A stretch of 64,000 nt of DNA from NCBI GenBank assembly GCA_963768755.1, contig CAVYIX010000003.1, positions 52,201-116,200 of the forward strand. Reading direction: 5' to 3'. A program made the translations under genes and the position numbers. The first letter of the stretch is position 1; each line of letters begins with the position of its first letter. Positions 11,404 to 22,032 of the stretch are shown in pieces. The stretch comes from an uncultured Methanobacteriaceae archaeon (GTDB lineage Archaea; Methanobacteriota; Methanobacteria; Methanobacteriales; Methanobacteriaceae). Below the pieces are notes generated by a model. It saw only the letters and a program-made list of their open reading frames with translations, was not told the origin of the DNA and did no database searches.

Positions 11404-11633
11404 TAGAATATATATTCATGATTACAACGATTTTAGGGGCAGTTATATGCTTGATGCAACGAGATCTTCTAAAAGCAGCCATTCTAACCGGGATTCCAGG
11501 TGTTTCACTTGCCTTCCTTTACCAATACCTTCAGGCACCAGACGTAGCTTTGACTCAAGCGATTGTTGGTTCGGCAATAGTGCCCGTATTTTTCGCACTG
11601 GCAGTTTTAAGAACACGCAGGGTGGAGGAATAA
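11400..11633 (+). CDS. ehbD: Energy-converting hydrogenase B subunit D (MnhB N-terminal/DUF4040-like)
   Basis: [16 protein letters not shown] motif. ATGA overlap with ehbC. Confidence 0.65.
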   Translation: MIEYIFMITTILGAVICLMQRDLLKAAILTGIPGVSLAFLYQYLQAPDVALTQAIVGSAIVPVFFALAVLRTRRVEE

Positions 11634-11634
11634 T

Positions 11635-11997
11635 ATGATTATGGACACACAGCTTGCTTCGCTTTTAACAGCAGGCATGTTGATGGTAATTGGTATTTTT
11701 GGTGCATTATTCTTGGACAACCTTATTAAAAAGGTTATATCCTTGGCATTTATCGGTGATGGGGCCAATCTGTTCCTAATTTCTATGGGTTACAAAGTGG
11801 GTGGAATAGTATACATCTATTTACCTGGTATGTCAATGAGCACATTCTCGCAGAATGCATCTTATCCTCTCCCATTTGCTCTAGTGCTCACAAGTATTGT
11901 GATAGGGGCAAGTACAATGGCTGTTATGCTTGGAATAATAATCCTTCTCAACAAAAAATATGGATCTATAAGTGCATCAAAGATTCTTGGAGAGTAA
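11635..11997 (+). CDS. ehbE: Energy-converting hydrogenase B subunit E (MnhC/NuoK-like)
   Basis: 120-aa, 3-TM protein that starts 1 nt after the ehbD stop. Confidence 0.6.
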   Translation: MIMDTQLASLLTAGMLMVIGIFGALFLDNLIKKVISLAFIGDGANLFLISMGYKVGGIVYIYLPGMSMSTFSQNASYPLPFALVLTSIVIGASTMAVMLGIIILLNKKYGSISASKILGE

Positions 11998-12102
11998 TGA
12001 AATGCTTTCAAACTTCTTATCAAACAATAAAAGAACAGAAACAGAGGTTGGACTTGGTGAAATTGTTTACAATTTCTATCGGGTATTAAAGGAGGTATCA
12101 AG

Positions 12103-13605
12103 ATGAACCTTCCTAGCCTTTTAATTCCATTGATGGTTATAATACCAATTACATGCGCTCTGTTTTTGAACCTTCTCCATGAAAAGAGCAGAGTGGTTAA
12201 AGTAATTTCAATAATAGTTGCATTAGCACTCCCAACAATACCTCTTATTGCAAATTATGGAATACAATACTTTGGCGGGTATCCTCCTTTAATACAGAAC
12301 CCAACAATAGCTACAGGACTGCCAGCATTGATAACTGGTACTCAACTTTACATATTCCACCCTGCAATTACATATGTTTATGGAAGCGCCCAAAAACTAA
12401 TGATATTCATACTTGGGATGGTAGCATTATTTGCAATATTTATATCACTTTACGAAGTTAAAAAACCTTCAGGTGTTTACGCATATCTGATGTTAATGGG
12501 AACAGCATCTATAATAGCTATGCTTCTCTCAGACGATATATTCAACCTGTACGTCTTCTTTGAGATAGCTGCATTGGCTCAGGTGGGTATAGTACTTGTT
12601 TCAAAGATCGAGTATAATTATGAAACAGCCCTTAAATATATGATACTCGGAAGCATAGCTTCACCTATGTTGTTAATAGGAATTGCATTACTTCTGGGAG
12701 TTACAGGTAACGTTAACATTACAGATATAGTATATTCAATTAAAACAGGCTTAGTAAATCCGCATAGTCCTGTTCTATTGATGGCATGCAGTTTGATAAT
12801 ATTCGGATGGCTTTATGGTACAGGTCTACCGCCGTTCCACACAATTAAATCTGCAATGTACAGCAAGGCACTTCCAACAGGAGCTGCACTGCTGCAAGCA
12901 TTTTCAGTTTTCAGTTTTGTTGCTATCGGAATAATTATCATCAGAATATTTTCATACCTTCCGTTTGAACATGTTTTTGTTCTTGGAATATCTTTAATTG
13001 CAATGGTACTGGGTATTACCATGGCCATCACCCAGACAGATTTCAAACGTTTAATAGCGTTCCTTGCAGTAGGGGAGTTAGGGTATATAGGAGTAGGTCT
13101 AGGTCTTGGAACAGCTTTCGGTATAACAGCAGGACTTTTCCAAGCTGTTAATGAAGCAATCATAACTGCATTTCTATTCATAGGATTTGGAACTATAATG
13201 TATAAAACCAAAGAGACAGATATGCGGAAGTTAGGGGGGATGATGGTTTCAACGCCGAAATCCGCACTCCTAGTACTTCTAGCTGGTCTTGCAATGGCGG
13301 GAGTTCCTCCATTTAACGCTTTCCAGAGCAAATTGATGCTTATACAAGCGTCTTTAAATTCGGGTCTACCAGAAATTGGTATAATAATGGTACTGCTAAG
13401 TATCGTGACATTTATGACATTTATGAGGGCATTCCACACAATTTACTTGAGGCCTAAGCCAGCTGATCTTGAAATTAAAAATGAAAAAATACCCAATATT
13501 ACCTTGGTTGCATTGGTTGCCTTTTTAGCCATATGTTTGATGTTTGGTCTCTACCCACAGCTAGCAACCAACTTCTTACATGGGCTGGCAATTAGCATTT
13601 CTTAG
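12103..13605 (+). CDS. ehbF: Energy-converting hydrogenase B subunit F (MnhD/NuoL/N antiporter-like)
   Basis: 500-aa polytopic protein with proton-antiporter-like segments ([36 protein letters not shown]). SD AAAGGAGG upstream. Confidence 0.85.
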   Translation: MNLPSLLIPLMVIIPITCALFLNLLHEKSRVVKVISIIVALALPTIPLIANYGIQYFGGYPPLIQNPTIATGLPALITGTQLYIFHPAITYVYGSAQKLMIFILGMVALFAIFISLYEVKKPSGVYAYLMLMGTASIIAMLLSDDIFNLYVFFEIAALAQVGIVLVSKIEYNYETALKYMILGSIASPMLLIGIALLLGVTGNVNITDIVYSIKTGLVNPHSPVLLMACSLIIFGWLYGTGLPPFHTIKSAMYSKALPTGAALLQAFSVFSFVAIGIIIIRIFSYLPFEHVFVLGISLIAMVLGITMAITQTDFKRLIAFLAVGELGYIGVGLGLGTAFGITAGLFQAVNEAIITAFLFIGFGTIMYKTKETDMRKLGGMMVSTPKSALLVLLAGLAMAGVPPFNAFQSKLMLIQASLNSGLPEIGIIMVLLSIVTFMTFMRAFHTIYLRPKPADLEIKNEKIPNITLVALVAFLAICLMFGLYPQLATNFLHGLAISIS

Positions 13606-13620
13606 TCAAAGGGGGATTAT

Positions 13621-13959
13621 ATGAACATCTACGATATTATATTGAAAAAAATAAAGGACGTCCGAATGGAAACAGGGGATGATACGCCTGTATCAAATAT
13701 GGCTGCCTCTTCGATGTTGACAGCAGAGATCACATTAATATCTTCCCTATTGATAGCAGTGGTAATGTTTAGACTTTTAAACAGAACACTGATGATAGCA
13801 TTAATTGTGGTAATATTTGCTCTGGTTTATATGGCCGTACCAATCATGCCGAGGCTTAAAAGGGAACAGAATGATTCATTAGCCAGTATGAGCTTTTATG
13901 TAATTTTGGGACTTGCAATCGTAGTAGTATTATTCTTCTGGGGGAATTTAAATGTCTGA
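13621..13959 (+). CDS. ehbG: Energy-converting hydrogenase B subunit G (membrane subunit)
   Basis: 112-aa, 3-TM protein. SD AAAGGGGGA upstream. Named by position only. Confidence 0.5.
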   Translation: MNIYDIILKKIKDVRMETGDDTPVSNMAASSMLTAEITLISSLLIAVVMFRLLNRTLMIALIVVIFALVYMAVPIMPRLKREQNDSLASMSFYVILGLAIVVVLFFWGNLNV

Positions 13960-14233
13960 GGGATTTAGAAATATAATATCTGGAATTGCACTGGTTGCAT
14001 TTGCAGCAACATTCTTCCAATCGATAATAGATTTCAAACCACTAATATATCCCGGTATCAGCTACATTTACAACTGGGTGGGACCACATATCGCTCCTAA
14101 CATGGTTACAAATGTTGTATTTGATTGGAGAGGATATGATACTCTTGGTGAAGCTTTAATACTTGTTACAGCTGTTATAGTAACTCTTCTGGTCTTTGGA
14201 AGAGGACAAGTAGATCTTGGAGGTGATGATTAA
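13952..14233 (+). CDS. ehbH: Energy-converting hydrogenase B subunit H (MnhB-like)
   Basis: [17 protein letters not shown] matches the conserved MnhB/MbhE motif. 8-nt overlap with ehbG. Confidence 0.65.
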   Translation: MSEGFRNIISGIALVAFAATFFQSIIDFKPLIYPGISYIYNWVGPHIAPNMVTNVVFDWRGYDTLGEALILVTAVIVTLLVFGRGQVDLGGDD

Positions 14234-14706
14234 TGAGTACAATACTCAAAATAATTGCATTCCCAGCATCTGTCATATTAATTTGTTATGGTGCTCTCAC
14301 AATACTCGGTGGGCACATTACACCTGGAGGAGGATTTCAGGGAGGGGCAATCATGGCCTCTGGAATAATATTCTGTCTCGTTGTTTACGGACTGGATAAT
14401 AGTCCAATAAAGTTTACCGACAATTTCATGGCCTCTATTGAAAGTATAGGGGCACTTGGATATGTATTTCTGGGACTTGCAGGACTGTTTGCAACTGGAT
14501 TTTTCATGTACAATTTAGGTGTGGACCTCTATCATATTGTCCCACCATACATTGTGAATATATTTGACTATCCCGACCCACTACATGCAGGCATAATACC
14601 ATACCTTAACTTTGTGGTGGGTCTGAAAGTTTTAGTAGGATTAAGTGCCGTTGTAATAACATTCTTAGAAAGTGAAAAGTTAATGAAGGATATGGAGAGT
14701 AAATAA
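14233..14706 (+). CDS. ehbI: Energy-converting hydrogenase B subunit I (MnhB C-terminal-like)
   Basis: [15 protein letters not shown] motif. TAATG overlap with ehbH. Confidence 0.7.
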   Translation: MSTILKIIAFPASVILICYGALTILGGHITPGGGFQGGAIMASGIIFCLVVYGLDNSPIKFTDNFMASIESIGALGYVFLGLAGLFATGFFMYNLGVDLYHIVPPYIVNIFDYPDPLHAGIIPYLNFVVGLKVLVGLSAVVITFLESEKLMKDMESK

Positions 14707-14707
14707 G

Positions 14708-14956
14708 ATGGTTTACATTGGCCCTGTAATCGTAGGATTTATAATAGGATTCATAGTTGGAACTAGAATTAAACCCAACATTGGAAGTAATTTAAAATTT
14801 CCTGCATCTGTATACGTTTTGCTGGCAATAGTTATAATATTCTTAGCTTATCAGCTGGGGCCATTCCCATGGTACACCGATTCAATATTTGCTAATGGGT
14901 TAATTTCCGCCTTTGCAGGGATTGTTATTGGAAAACTTACATTTGGAAGAGGATAA
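14708..14956 (+). CDS. ehbJ: Energy-converting hydrogenase B subunit J (small membrane subunit)
   Basis: 82-aa, 3-TM protein that starts 1 nt after the ehbI stop. Confidence 0.5.
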   Translation: MVYIGPVIVGFIIGFIVGTRIKPNIGSNLKFPASVYVLLAIVIIFLAYQLGPFPWYTDSIFANGLISAFAGIVIGKLTFGRG

Positions 14957-15016
14957 AATTAAAATGAAAGATATCAAGAATAAATCACCTAAAATATTAT
15001 TAAAATTAAGAAGGTA

Positions 15017-16384
15017 ATGGTCATGTTCCTATCAACTAAAAAATGTGAAGGCATTGGAAAGTGCGTTGAAGAATGCCCAACACAGGCAATAAGAATTATA
15101 GAGGGTAAGGCATTCAGCTGCATCACCTGCGGTGCATGTGCAGAGGCCTGTCCCAACAATGCCATATTCAAGAATAAATACGGTGGTTTTGTTGTAGACA
15201 GAGCTAAATGCAATGCTTGTGGTGTTTGTGAAATGACCTGTCCAGTCAACAACATAAAAATTGAAGATGGAGTGGTAATGGGCATTTGTGCCAGATGTGG
15301 AATATGTGTTGACGCGTGCCCAATTAATGCAAGGGCAGATGCACAGGATGTCATAGAAGATAGACAATTGAAATTCCTCGAGTCACTTAACCTAACAATC
15401 CAGCCTGGTTCAAGGGTTCAAAAGGAAGAGAAAAATGTTTCAAGGATCAACATATGCACAGATCCTGAAGAATGCACCCTTTGTGGAAGATGTGAATATT
15501 ACTGTCCAACCGGTGCTATAATGGTTGATACAGACTCAGAAGGCAAATGTACAGAATGTCGTATTTGTGAAGACGTTTGTCCAGTAGGGGCAATAAAAGA
15601 GGGAGTTATAGATGAAGAAAAATGTACCCTATGCCTTAAATGTGTTTCTGAATGTCCTAACAATGCAATGTATACAGAAGATTTCAAAATTAAAATAAGA
15701 AAACCCGAAGAAGGGGAAAAGATTACTGGATCAATTGTATCATGTCTCAACTGTGGCCTCTGTGCAGAGGCATGTACTCACGGAGCACTACGTGTAATCG
15801 ATGGAAAACTTCGATATGATCCAACACTATGTGAAGATTGTACAACTATGGACTGCCTCGATGTATGCCCTGTAGGTACCATAAGACTTTCTGATGATCC
15901 AGAACGTCGTATTAAAGGTTTCTGTGTGTCATGTGGAAGATGTGTGCAATCATGTGATGTAAACAAGGCACGAGCGTTAAAAACAATTGAATGGGATGGA
16001 ACCGTAACGGAAGACTGTATATCGTGTGGAATATGCTCAGAACTTTGTCCAAAGGGAGCAATAACCCTAAGAAGAGGTTCAATAGATGTAGATCTTGAAA
16101 AATGCATACTTTGTGAAAAATGTGCAATCCATTGTCCTATGGAAGCCATACCAAGAACAGCCACAACTAAAAAATCTATTAAGGAAGGTTTTAGTTTTAT
16201 CCAAGACCAACTATGCATGAATTGTAAATTATGTTCAAAAATATGTCCTGAAGAAGCTATTAAAGAAGATTCAGAAGGTAGAATGGTTGTGGACGATTCA
16301 AAATGTACTTATTGTGGTGCATGTTCAAATGCATGTCCTGCAAAAGCTATAATACTTGAGAGAGAGTTTGAGGTATCAGAATGA
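15017..16384 (+). CDS. ehbK: Polyferredoxin with 14 [4Fe-4S] binding motifs
   Basis: I count 14 CxxCxxCxxxC(P)-type motifs in 455 aa. This matches the 14-cluster polyferredoxin described for ehb operons. Confidence 0.9.
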   Translation: MVMFLSTKKCEGIGKCVEECPTQAIRIIEGKAFSCITCGACAEACPNNAIFKNKYGGFVVDRAKCNACGVCEMTCPVNNIKIEDGVVMGICARCGICVDACPINARADAQDVIEDRQLKFLESLNLTIQPGSRVQKEEKNVSRINICTDPEECTLCGRCEYYCPTGAIMVDTDSEGKCTECRICEDVCPVGAIKEGVIDEEKCTLCLKCVSECPNNAMYTEDFKIKIRKPEEGEKITGSIVSCLNCGLCAEACTHGALRVIDGKLRYDPTLCEDCTTMDCLDVCPVGTIRLSDDPERRIKGFCVSCGRCVQSCDVNKARALKTIEWDGTVTEDCISCGICSELCPKGAITLRRGSIDVDLEKCILCEKCAIHCPMEAIPRTATTKKSIKEGFSFIQDQLCMNCKLCSKICPEEAIKEDSEGRMVVDDSKCTYCGACSNACPAKAIILEREFEVSE

Positions 16385-16866
16385 AAAATTTAATCAGAAT
16401 ATTCCTTGAGGGAATTATCACCAACACAAAAAGAATCATTTTTGCATCCGACAGGGTTACTGATATGGAATTGCGAAGCAAAATCCTTGAGGGAAGGATA
16501 GTTCCAACAGAGAAGGTTGCTGAGATATCTTGTATTGGTTGCGGTGGATGTGCCAATGCATGTCCAACAAAGGCAATTGAAATGGTGAAACTTCCAGAAT
16601 CTATCAAACTGATGGAAGGTCTTGTAAAGGATCAGATACCAGTATTAGACAGTTTAAAATGTGTTAACTGCTATTATTGCCACGATTTCTGCCCATTATA
16701 TGCTCTATTTGGAGAAGCTGGCACCATACATCCAAATGATGTTGGAATTGTGGATTTAGACATATCTCAGCTTTTAGAACAGCCTGTAAAAATTTCTGAA
16801 GATAAAATTGCCTTTATTTCCCAGTTCTTATCAGATTCAACAATACTAAAAAAGAGGAAGGAGTAG
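16381..16866 (+). CDS. ehbL: 2[4Fe-4S] ferredoxin subunit
   Basis: [12 protein letters not shown] and [16 protein letters not shown] overlap with ehbK. Confidence 0.8.
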   Translation: MKNLIRIFLEGIITNTKRIIFASDRVTDMELRSKILEGRIVPTEKVAEISCIGCGGCANACPTKAIEMVKLPESIKLMEGLVKDQIPVLDSLKCVNCYYCHDFCPLYALFGEAGTIHPNDVGIVDLDISQLLEQPVKISEDKIAFISQFLSDSTILKKRKE

Positions 16867-16974
16867 AGATCATATTAAAAAAAATTCAGATCATCAATAA
16901 TATTAAAATTAATCTAAGGCAAAAAAAATCATTAAAAAAATCATTAAATTACAATAACCTTAAAGAGGAATGAT

Positions 16975-17421
16975 ATGAGCTTAAAATCATATTCAAGGGC
17001 AAGAGCCATTCACATAATGCTTGTTTATACAGGAGGATGCAACGGCTGCGACATTGAGATAGTGAACTGTATATTTTCTCCAAAGTATGATGCAGAACAA
17101 TATAAGGTTTTTTTAACATGGAATCCTAGGGAGGCCGATGTACTGGTGGTTACAGGTCCAGTTACAAAACATAATGAAAAACCATTGATAGAAATATATA
17201 ATGCAATCCCAGAACCAAAGGCTGTTATTGCTGCAGGAGCCTGTGCACTCATGGGTGGAGTTTACAAGAACATACACGGGGATATACCATCAGAAGAGAT
17301 TGCAGGACCAGTTGACAATATTATTCCTGTAGATGCAAAGGTTCCAGGTTGTGCTGTTAGGCCGGAAGACATACTCTCGGGCGTTGTTGCGGCTCTACCA
17401 TTACTACTCAATGCAAAATAA
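16975..17421 (+). CDS. ehbM: [NiFe] hydrogenase small subunit (NuoB-like, group 4)
   Basis: [17 protein letters not shown] and PGCAVRPE are the proximal-cluster cysteines of NuoB/EchC-type subunits. Confidence 0.9.
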   Translation: MSLKSYSRARAIHIMLVYTGGCNGCDIEIVNCIFSPKYDAEQYKVFLTWNPREADVLVVTGPVTKHNEKPLIEIYNAIPEPKAVIAAGACALMGGVYKNIHGDIPSEEIAGPVDNIIPVDAKVPGCAVRPEDILSGVVAALPLLLNAK

Positions 17422-17479
17422 CGCTTAAAATCAATCTACACATATACATTAAATTAAATAGAAATTAAAAGGTGGATTT

Positions 17480-18613
17480 ATGAATGAAGATAACAAGATG
17501 ACCGATAAAAAGGTCATCGAAACAGAAATTACTATGGGAACCGTACACTCAGCAGCAATAGAACCCTACAGGGTTAGATTGTTTGTTGAAGATGAAATTG
17601 TAAGGGATGCTGAAATAACAATAGGAATCAACCACAGGGGTGTTGAAAGAATAATGGAAGGTCTGCCTGTTGAAAAAGCCAATAGCTTGACCGAGAAAAT
17701 TTGTGGCATATGTTCCAACAGCCACATATGGAACTCTGTTCTGGTGGCTGAGAAAGCCATTGGGATTGATGTACCTGAAAGGGCCCAATACATAAGGGTT
17801 ATAATGGAAGAATTAGAACGCTTACACAGTCATATGCTTTATTTGGCCCATGGAAATGAAGTATTAGGTCATGAAACCTTTGCAATGAGGCTTTTCTACA
17901 TACGGGAAACGGTAATGGAACTTTTAAGGATGATTGGAGGTAACAGAGTACAGTATGGTGCATCCATAATTGGCGGTGTTAGACCTCGTTGTGAACTTGA
18001 TGAAATGAGGATACAAAAGATCAGGGACGGCATGGATATAATTGAGGAGAAAATATTAGAATTTGCAGATAGATTTGTTTCCGATCCAATGATAATGGCA
18101 CGTATAACAGGAGTAGGTGTTTTATCACAGAAACAAGCTATTAAACTGGCTGCTACAGGCCCAACACTAAGATCTACTGGTGTGGAAATCGATCTTAGAC
18201 GGGAAATGGAATCCTATGACCCATTTGAATTTGATATAATAACACAGGACGATGGAGATGTTAAATCAAATCTCCTTGTGAGGGTCCTTGAAATTCCTGA
18301 AGCTATAAAAATAATAAGACAAGCACTTGATAATCTCCCTGGTGGTAAAATAACCAACAGAAGTTGGGAGATGCAGGATGCACCGATTACAAATAGTTAT
18401 ATTGAGGTTCCAAGGGGTAAGCTCTATCATTCCTACTCTCTTGAAGATGGACGAGTTAGAAATTGTATAATAAGAACCCCTTCAATTACCAATATTGGTG
18501 CAATGCAGTACGCTGCTGTAGGCCACCATATAACGGATGCACAGCTCGCAATAGTTCAATGCGACCCTTGTTTCACATGCACGGATCGAGCAATACAGAT
18601 AATCAAAATATAA
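17480..18613 (+). CDS. ehbN: [NiFe] hydrogenase large subunit (group 4, energy-converting)
   Basis: N-terminal Ni-binding motif [10 protein letters not shown] and C-terminal DPCFTCTDR. Confidence 0.9.
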   Translation: MNEDNKMTDKKVIETEITMGTVHSAAIEPYRVRLFVEDEIVRDAEITIGINHRGVERIMEGLPVEKANSLTEKICGICSNSHIWNSVLVAEKAIGIDVPERAQYIRVIMEELERLHSHMLYLAHGNEVLGHETFAMRLFYIRETVMELLRMIGGNRVQYGASIIGGVRPRCELDEMRIQKIRDGMDIIEEKILEFADRFVSDPMIMARITGVGVLSQKQAIKLAATGPTLRSTGVEIDLRREMESYDPFEFDIITQDDGDVKSNLLVRVLEIPEAIKIIRQALDNLPGGKITNRSWEMQDAPITNSYIEVPRGKLYHSYSLEDGRVRNCIIRTPSITNIGAMQYAAVGHHITDAQLAIVQCDPCFTCTDRAIQIIKI

Positions 18614-18622
18614 AAGGAGATA

Positions 18623-19615
18623 ATGATGACAGCACTAAATTCCCTAATCGCCGTAATTGGAACATTAATAGTGGCATTATTAGTCAGCGTATGGCTTCCA
18701 GGAATAGAAAGGAAGTTTGTACAAGCGAGAATACAGCAGAGAGTTGGTCCGCCAATATCAAGTGCAGGTATTATGGCACCTATCAAATTTTTCTTTAAGG
18801 AAACGATTAACCCAAACTCACCTATGCCTAAATTGTATAATGCCCTTCCAATAATAAGCTTTTTATCTGTATTATTTATATTATTACTTACAATGCCACA
18901 ACTCTATGTATTTGCTGCATTTACAAGTATCATAGCTCTTGTAGGTCTTTTGAAGATTGAAGAAGTGATATACATGTTTATGGGTTCACTTTCAAAGTCG
19001 GTTATGTCTCTTAAAATGCCGTTTCCAGATATCGTTAAAGGAGCTAAACATCCAGATACCCCTAGATCTTACTTGGAAGAACTCAGCTCACTAAGAGCAT
19101 TCAGATTAATAGCATTTGGTTCGTTTCCATTATACATTGCTTTATTCATTCCTGTTGCAATGTCAAGGAGCATATATCTTAGTGGTATAGTAGCATATCA
19201 GCAAATCCATGGACCTATACTTTTCACATTAGCTGGCGTTTTAGGTGCTATAGTATTCTTTATAGGTTACATGATACTCTTAAATGAATACCCATTCGCG
19301 ATTCTAAAAACCAAAGCAGATGTTATTGAAGGTCCTTTAATGGAATATGCTGCTAAATATAGGGCATACAATTATATTACCAGAGGTTTCTTAATGTTTG
19401 TTCTTGCAAGTATTTTTACAACCTTGTTTTTAGGAATACCTCCAAATCTGTTTAGCTGGACAATATTAGTGACGATAGCTGTTGCTTTGATATTCCCAAT
19501 ATTAATGGCAGTTATGAGCGCATTTTCACCTATATTTACTTATAAACAGTTTTATCCAACAGTTGCGGGGGTATCTCTAATTGGAATACTGGCAATAATT
19601 GCATCATTCCTTTAA
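18623..19615 (+). CDS. ehbO: Integral membrane subunit (NuoH/HycD/MbhM-like)
   Basis: [16 protein letters not shown] is the NuoH-type N-terminal motif. About 8 TM. Confidence 0.8.
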   Translation: MMTALNSLIAVIGTLIVALLVSVWLPGIERKFVQARIQQRVGPPISSAGIMAPIKFFFKETINPNSPMPKLYNALPIISFLSVLFILLLTMPQLYVFAAFTSIIALVGLLKIEEVIYMFMGSLSKSVMSLKMPFPDIVKGAKHPDTPRSYLEELSSLRAFRLIAFGSFPLYIALFIPVAMSRSIYLSGIVAYQQIHGPILFTLAGVLGAIVFFIGYMILLNEYPFAILKTKADVIEGPLMEYAAKYRAYNYITRGFLMFVLASIFTTLFLGIPPNLFSWTILVTIAVALIFPILMAVMSAFSPIFTYKQFYPTVAGVSLIGILAIIASFL

Positions 19616-19696
19616 ATTCATTTTATTAACCTAATGGTTAATTTAAGTATCATTTGTAAGAATATTTATACAGAAATATTGAAAATTTAAATAAAG

Positions 19697-19981
19697 GTGA
19701 TTGTCATGAAGTTCGTTGTGAGACCCATGCACATTGTCAGTGTTGGTGGATACATAGTTGAGACACAGTTCCCTTACAGGAACTTGATAGTTGTTAATCC
19801 AACAGAAGAACCCATTAAAATAGATATTCCTGTCTTTACAGAAGACTGGATAGAAGAGCACCGTCAATTGGGTCTTGAAATTACGCCCTTAACCGAAGAT
19901 GATAGTTTTCTCAGTAATTTCAGAAAGGCCAAAATTAGGCTTGAAAAACTCAAAGAAGAAAAAGAATTGAAGATTGAATAA
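19697..19981 (+). CDS. ehbP: Small hydrophilic subunit at the end of the ehb operon
   Basis: 94-aa soluble protein. SD AAAGGTGAT upstream. Named by position only. Confidence 0.45.
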   Translation: MIVMKFVVRPMHIVSVGGYIVETQFPYRNLIVVNPTEEPIKIDIPVFTEDWIEEHRQLGLEITPLTEDDSFLSNFRKAKIRLEKLKEEKELKIE

Positions 19982-19986
19982 AAGGA

Positions 19987-19996
19987 TTTTTTTTTT
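19987..19996 (+). terminator. Oligo-T tract (T10) right after the ehbP stop
   Basis: A run of ten T begins 6 nt after the TAA. Oligo-T tracts act as archaeal intrinsic terminators. Confidence 0.45.
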
Positions 19997-20134
19997 AAAA
20001 ATTCAATTAATTTTTTAGTTGATTAAACTATCGATGATTATTATTTTTAATATTAGTTCCATAAATCATCACATTTACATTTATTTACACTCTAAAATTT
20101 TATTCTCAATAAATTTGATATCTGCAGGTAATTC

Positions 20135-21421
20135 TTAGTTATGAGTGATATTACGGCAAACTCTCATTGCTAGTGCAGAAGTTAACATTATAGTTGGAAG
20201 ACCCTGTGAACGGGGCACCAGAGAAAGGTCAGCAACCCATAAGTCTTCAGGTAACCCTGATGGTTTCATCGATGAGATATCCTTTCTTTTCAGAGGCACT
20301 GTTCCACCTAAATGTCCTCCATTGTACATACCTTTTACGAATGGACCCGAAACACCTGAAGCTTCCATTATTTCTCTTGCATACGACACTGCATTATTAA
20401 TTTTATTTTCATCTTTCTCGGTCACCTCCTTTTCTACCTTACCATCGGAGAATACAGTTCCATTTTCCATGTCTGCTAGTTTTACCATAATTCCAACTCT
20501 ATCATTTAATGAAACATTTCGCCATGGTTTATGAAAGAAATGTGATAGTACATCTAAATATGGAGATAATATGAAGTCTTCATGTTCTGTATACCATACC
20601 ATTGGAGGCTCATTAATCTGTTTTGAATCTTTAAAAGTACCACCAAGAGTTAAGACTATATCAACCCAAAGTTTGTTTTCTGCATAAAGGCTTGATGCTT
20701 TTAATATCTGAGCTGTTCCAACTCCCCCCGCAGCGAGTACCACTACATCACCTTTTATTATCCTAGTTGTACGACCTGATCTAACTAGAACGCCATGAAC
20801 ACGATTTTTTTCAATTAAAACCTTTTCAACAGGAGATGATGTTATTAGTACTGCCCCTAATTTAATTGCTTCGTCCAAAAATTGAGTGGAATCCCATCTA
20901 GCACCTGTGGAACAGCCCATTTCACAAAGACCGCAAGAATTGCATTTATGCAATTTAACAGCTTTTGGTGTTGGATTAGGGTTTAATCCCAGTATCTTTG
21001 CCGAATCGTACATCTTTCGAGTTAAAGGTCTCCATCTTTTCAGTGGTATAGGTCTGATATCTATTCGATCTTCGATTTCTTCAAATTCGGGTGTGAGATC
21101 TAATCCCAATTCTTTTAAACCATTATCTGCCCTTACCATGTTACCACAGGATAGTACAGTCGAACCACCTGTTGTAATTCCCCTTACTAGTACAAGATCT
21201 TTATTCGAGCGAAATGCATCCATATATGGAAATATTCGGGTTATTGTCTTTTCATCACCTAGTAGGCCTAATCTTCGAAGTGGTTCAGTCAGTGTGAGAT
21301 ATCTAGTGAATGGTTTAAATGGTTTTCCGGCTTCTAGTATTGTAACGTCATAACCTTTCAAAGCTAATTCAAGTGCTGCCGTTCCACCTCCCGCACCAGA
21401 ACCTACAACTATTGCTTTCAT
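20135..21421 (-). CDS. GMC-family FAD-dependent oxidoreductase with ferredoxin-type Cys motif
   Basis: [20 protein letters not shown] is an FAD GxGxxG motif. The C-terminus [10 protein letters not shown]...[28 protein letters not shown] is GMC C-terminal-like. Internal [14 protein letters not shown] at 21421 is preferred, with AGGGGTGA 5 nt upstream. Confidence 0.8.
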   Translation of the reverse strand: MKAIVVGSGAGGGTAALELALKGYDVTILEAGKPFKPFTRYLTLTEPLRRLGLLGDEKTITRIFPYMDAFRSNKDLVLVRGITTGGSTVLSCGNMVRADNGLKELGLDLTPEFEEIEDRIDIRPIPLKRWRPLTRKMYDSAKILGLNPNPTPKAVKLHKCNSCGLCEMGCSTGARWDSTQFLDEAIKLGAVLITSSPVEKVLIEKNRVHGVLVRSGRTTRIIKGDVVVLAAGGVGTAQILKASSLYAENKLWVDIVLTLGGTFKDSKQINEPPMVWYTEHEDFILSPYLDVLSHFFHKPWRNVSLNDRVGIMVKLADMENGTVFSDGKVEKEVTEKDENKINNAVSYAREIMEASGVSGPFVKGMYNGGHLGGTVPLKRKDISSMKPSGLPEDLWVADLSLVPRSQGLPTIMLTSALAMRVCRNITHN

Positions 21422-21426
21422 AATTT

Positions 21427-22032
21427 TCACCCCTGTTCATTGATTTTAGAATCAATGCTTATACAGGCTGTACATTCTTCTGCACCTTCTGTTATCCGTT
21501 TTGTGAACTTCATACTCATTTTTTTATTTAAGCCCTTTAAAACACCTTCATCTGCTGCGCTCATAATTTGGCATGTTTCAGGAGAGTATTGTGTCGCGAG
21601 TTCACAGGAATTAATCCTTAACACTATATCTTTACCATTATCTTCAACTGTAAAATGTATTCCTAGTACCCTATAAATTATACGCGCTGCTACAATGGCG
21701 TCCTTCACAGTTTTAACTCCAAGGCGTTTCTTTGCATCACATCCCATTATGTATCCTGCTTTAAACAATTCAGTCCTACCCATTTTTAAAGCACATTCAA
21801 ACCCCAACTCATCAATAAGGCTTTTTACACGAATATTATGACCTGTGGCCATAATTAACTGGCGTTCTTTAAGGTTTCCTTTCAATGGGTTTTTCACAGT
21901 TGGTATCGGGATGGAATACCTCTTTAAAAGTATATCAAGATATTTGTTGGTTATTCCAGATGTTTTTTCTAATTCATTAATTAATATAAATTCTGGCATC
22001 CAAATTGATAGTAAAAGTAATTTAATATTCAT
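21427..22032 (-). CDS. V4R / ATC-hydrolase-like Cys-containing small-molecule-binding domain protein
   Basis: The C-terminal pattern RINSCE...[18 protein letters not shown]...[18 protein letters not shown] resembles the V4R and ATC-hydrolase families. ATG at 22032 is preferred, with GGGAG 5 nt upstream. Confidence 0.4.
   Translation of the reverse strand: MNIKLLLLSIWMPEFILINELEKTSGITNKYLDILLKRYSIPIPTVKNPLKGNLKERQLIMATGHNIRVKSLIDELGFECALKMGRTELFKAGYIMGCDAKKRLGVKTVKDAIVAARIIYRVLGIHFTVEDNGKDIVLRINSCELATQYSPETCQIMSAADEGVLKGLNKKMSMKFTKRITEGAEECTACISIDSKINEQG

Noticed and set aside
11372-11638. Alternative-frame 88-aa ORF overlapping ehbD, plus similar overlaps at 14217-14399 and 18463-18798
   Set aside because: They are Arg/Ser-rich out-of-frame translations of membrane-subunit or hydrogenase genes. 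The in-frame genes carry conserved motifs.
12813-13439. Minus-strand 208-aa ORF inside ehbF
   Set aside because: It is antisense to a strongly supported antiporter-like subunit. The composition (Pro/Ala/Ile runs) is a mirror artefact.
14989-16607. Several minus-strand ORFs (71-146 aa) inside ehbK/ehbL
   Set aside because: They are reverse complements of repeated Cys-codon-rich ferredoxin motifs, which gives His/Thr/Ala-rich pseudo-proteins. They overlap the 14-cluster polyferredoxin completely.
20145-21353. Plus-strand ORFs antisense to the GMC oxidoreductase gene
   Set aside because: No motifs, low complexity, and fully contained in a gene with clear FAD and GMC signatures.
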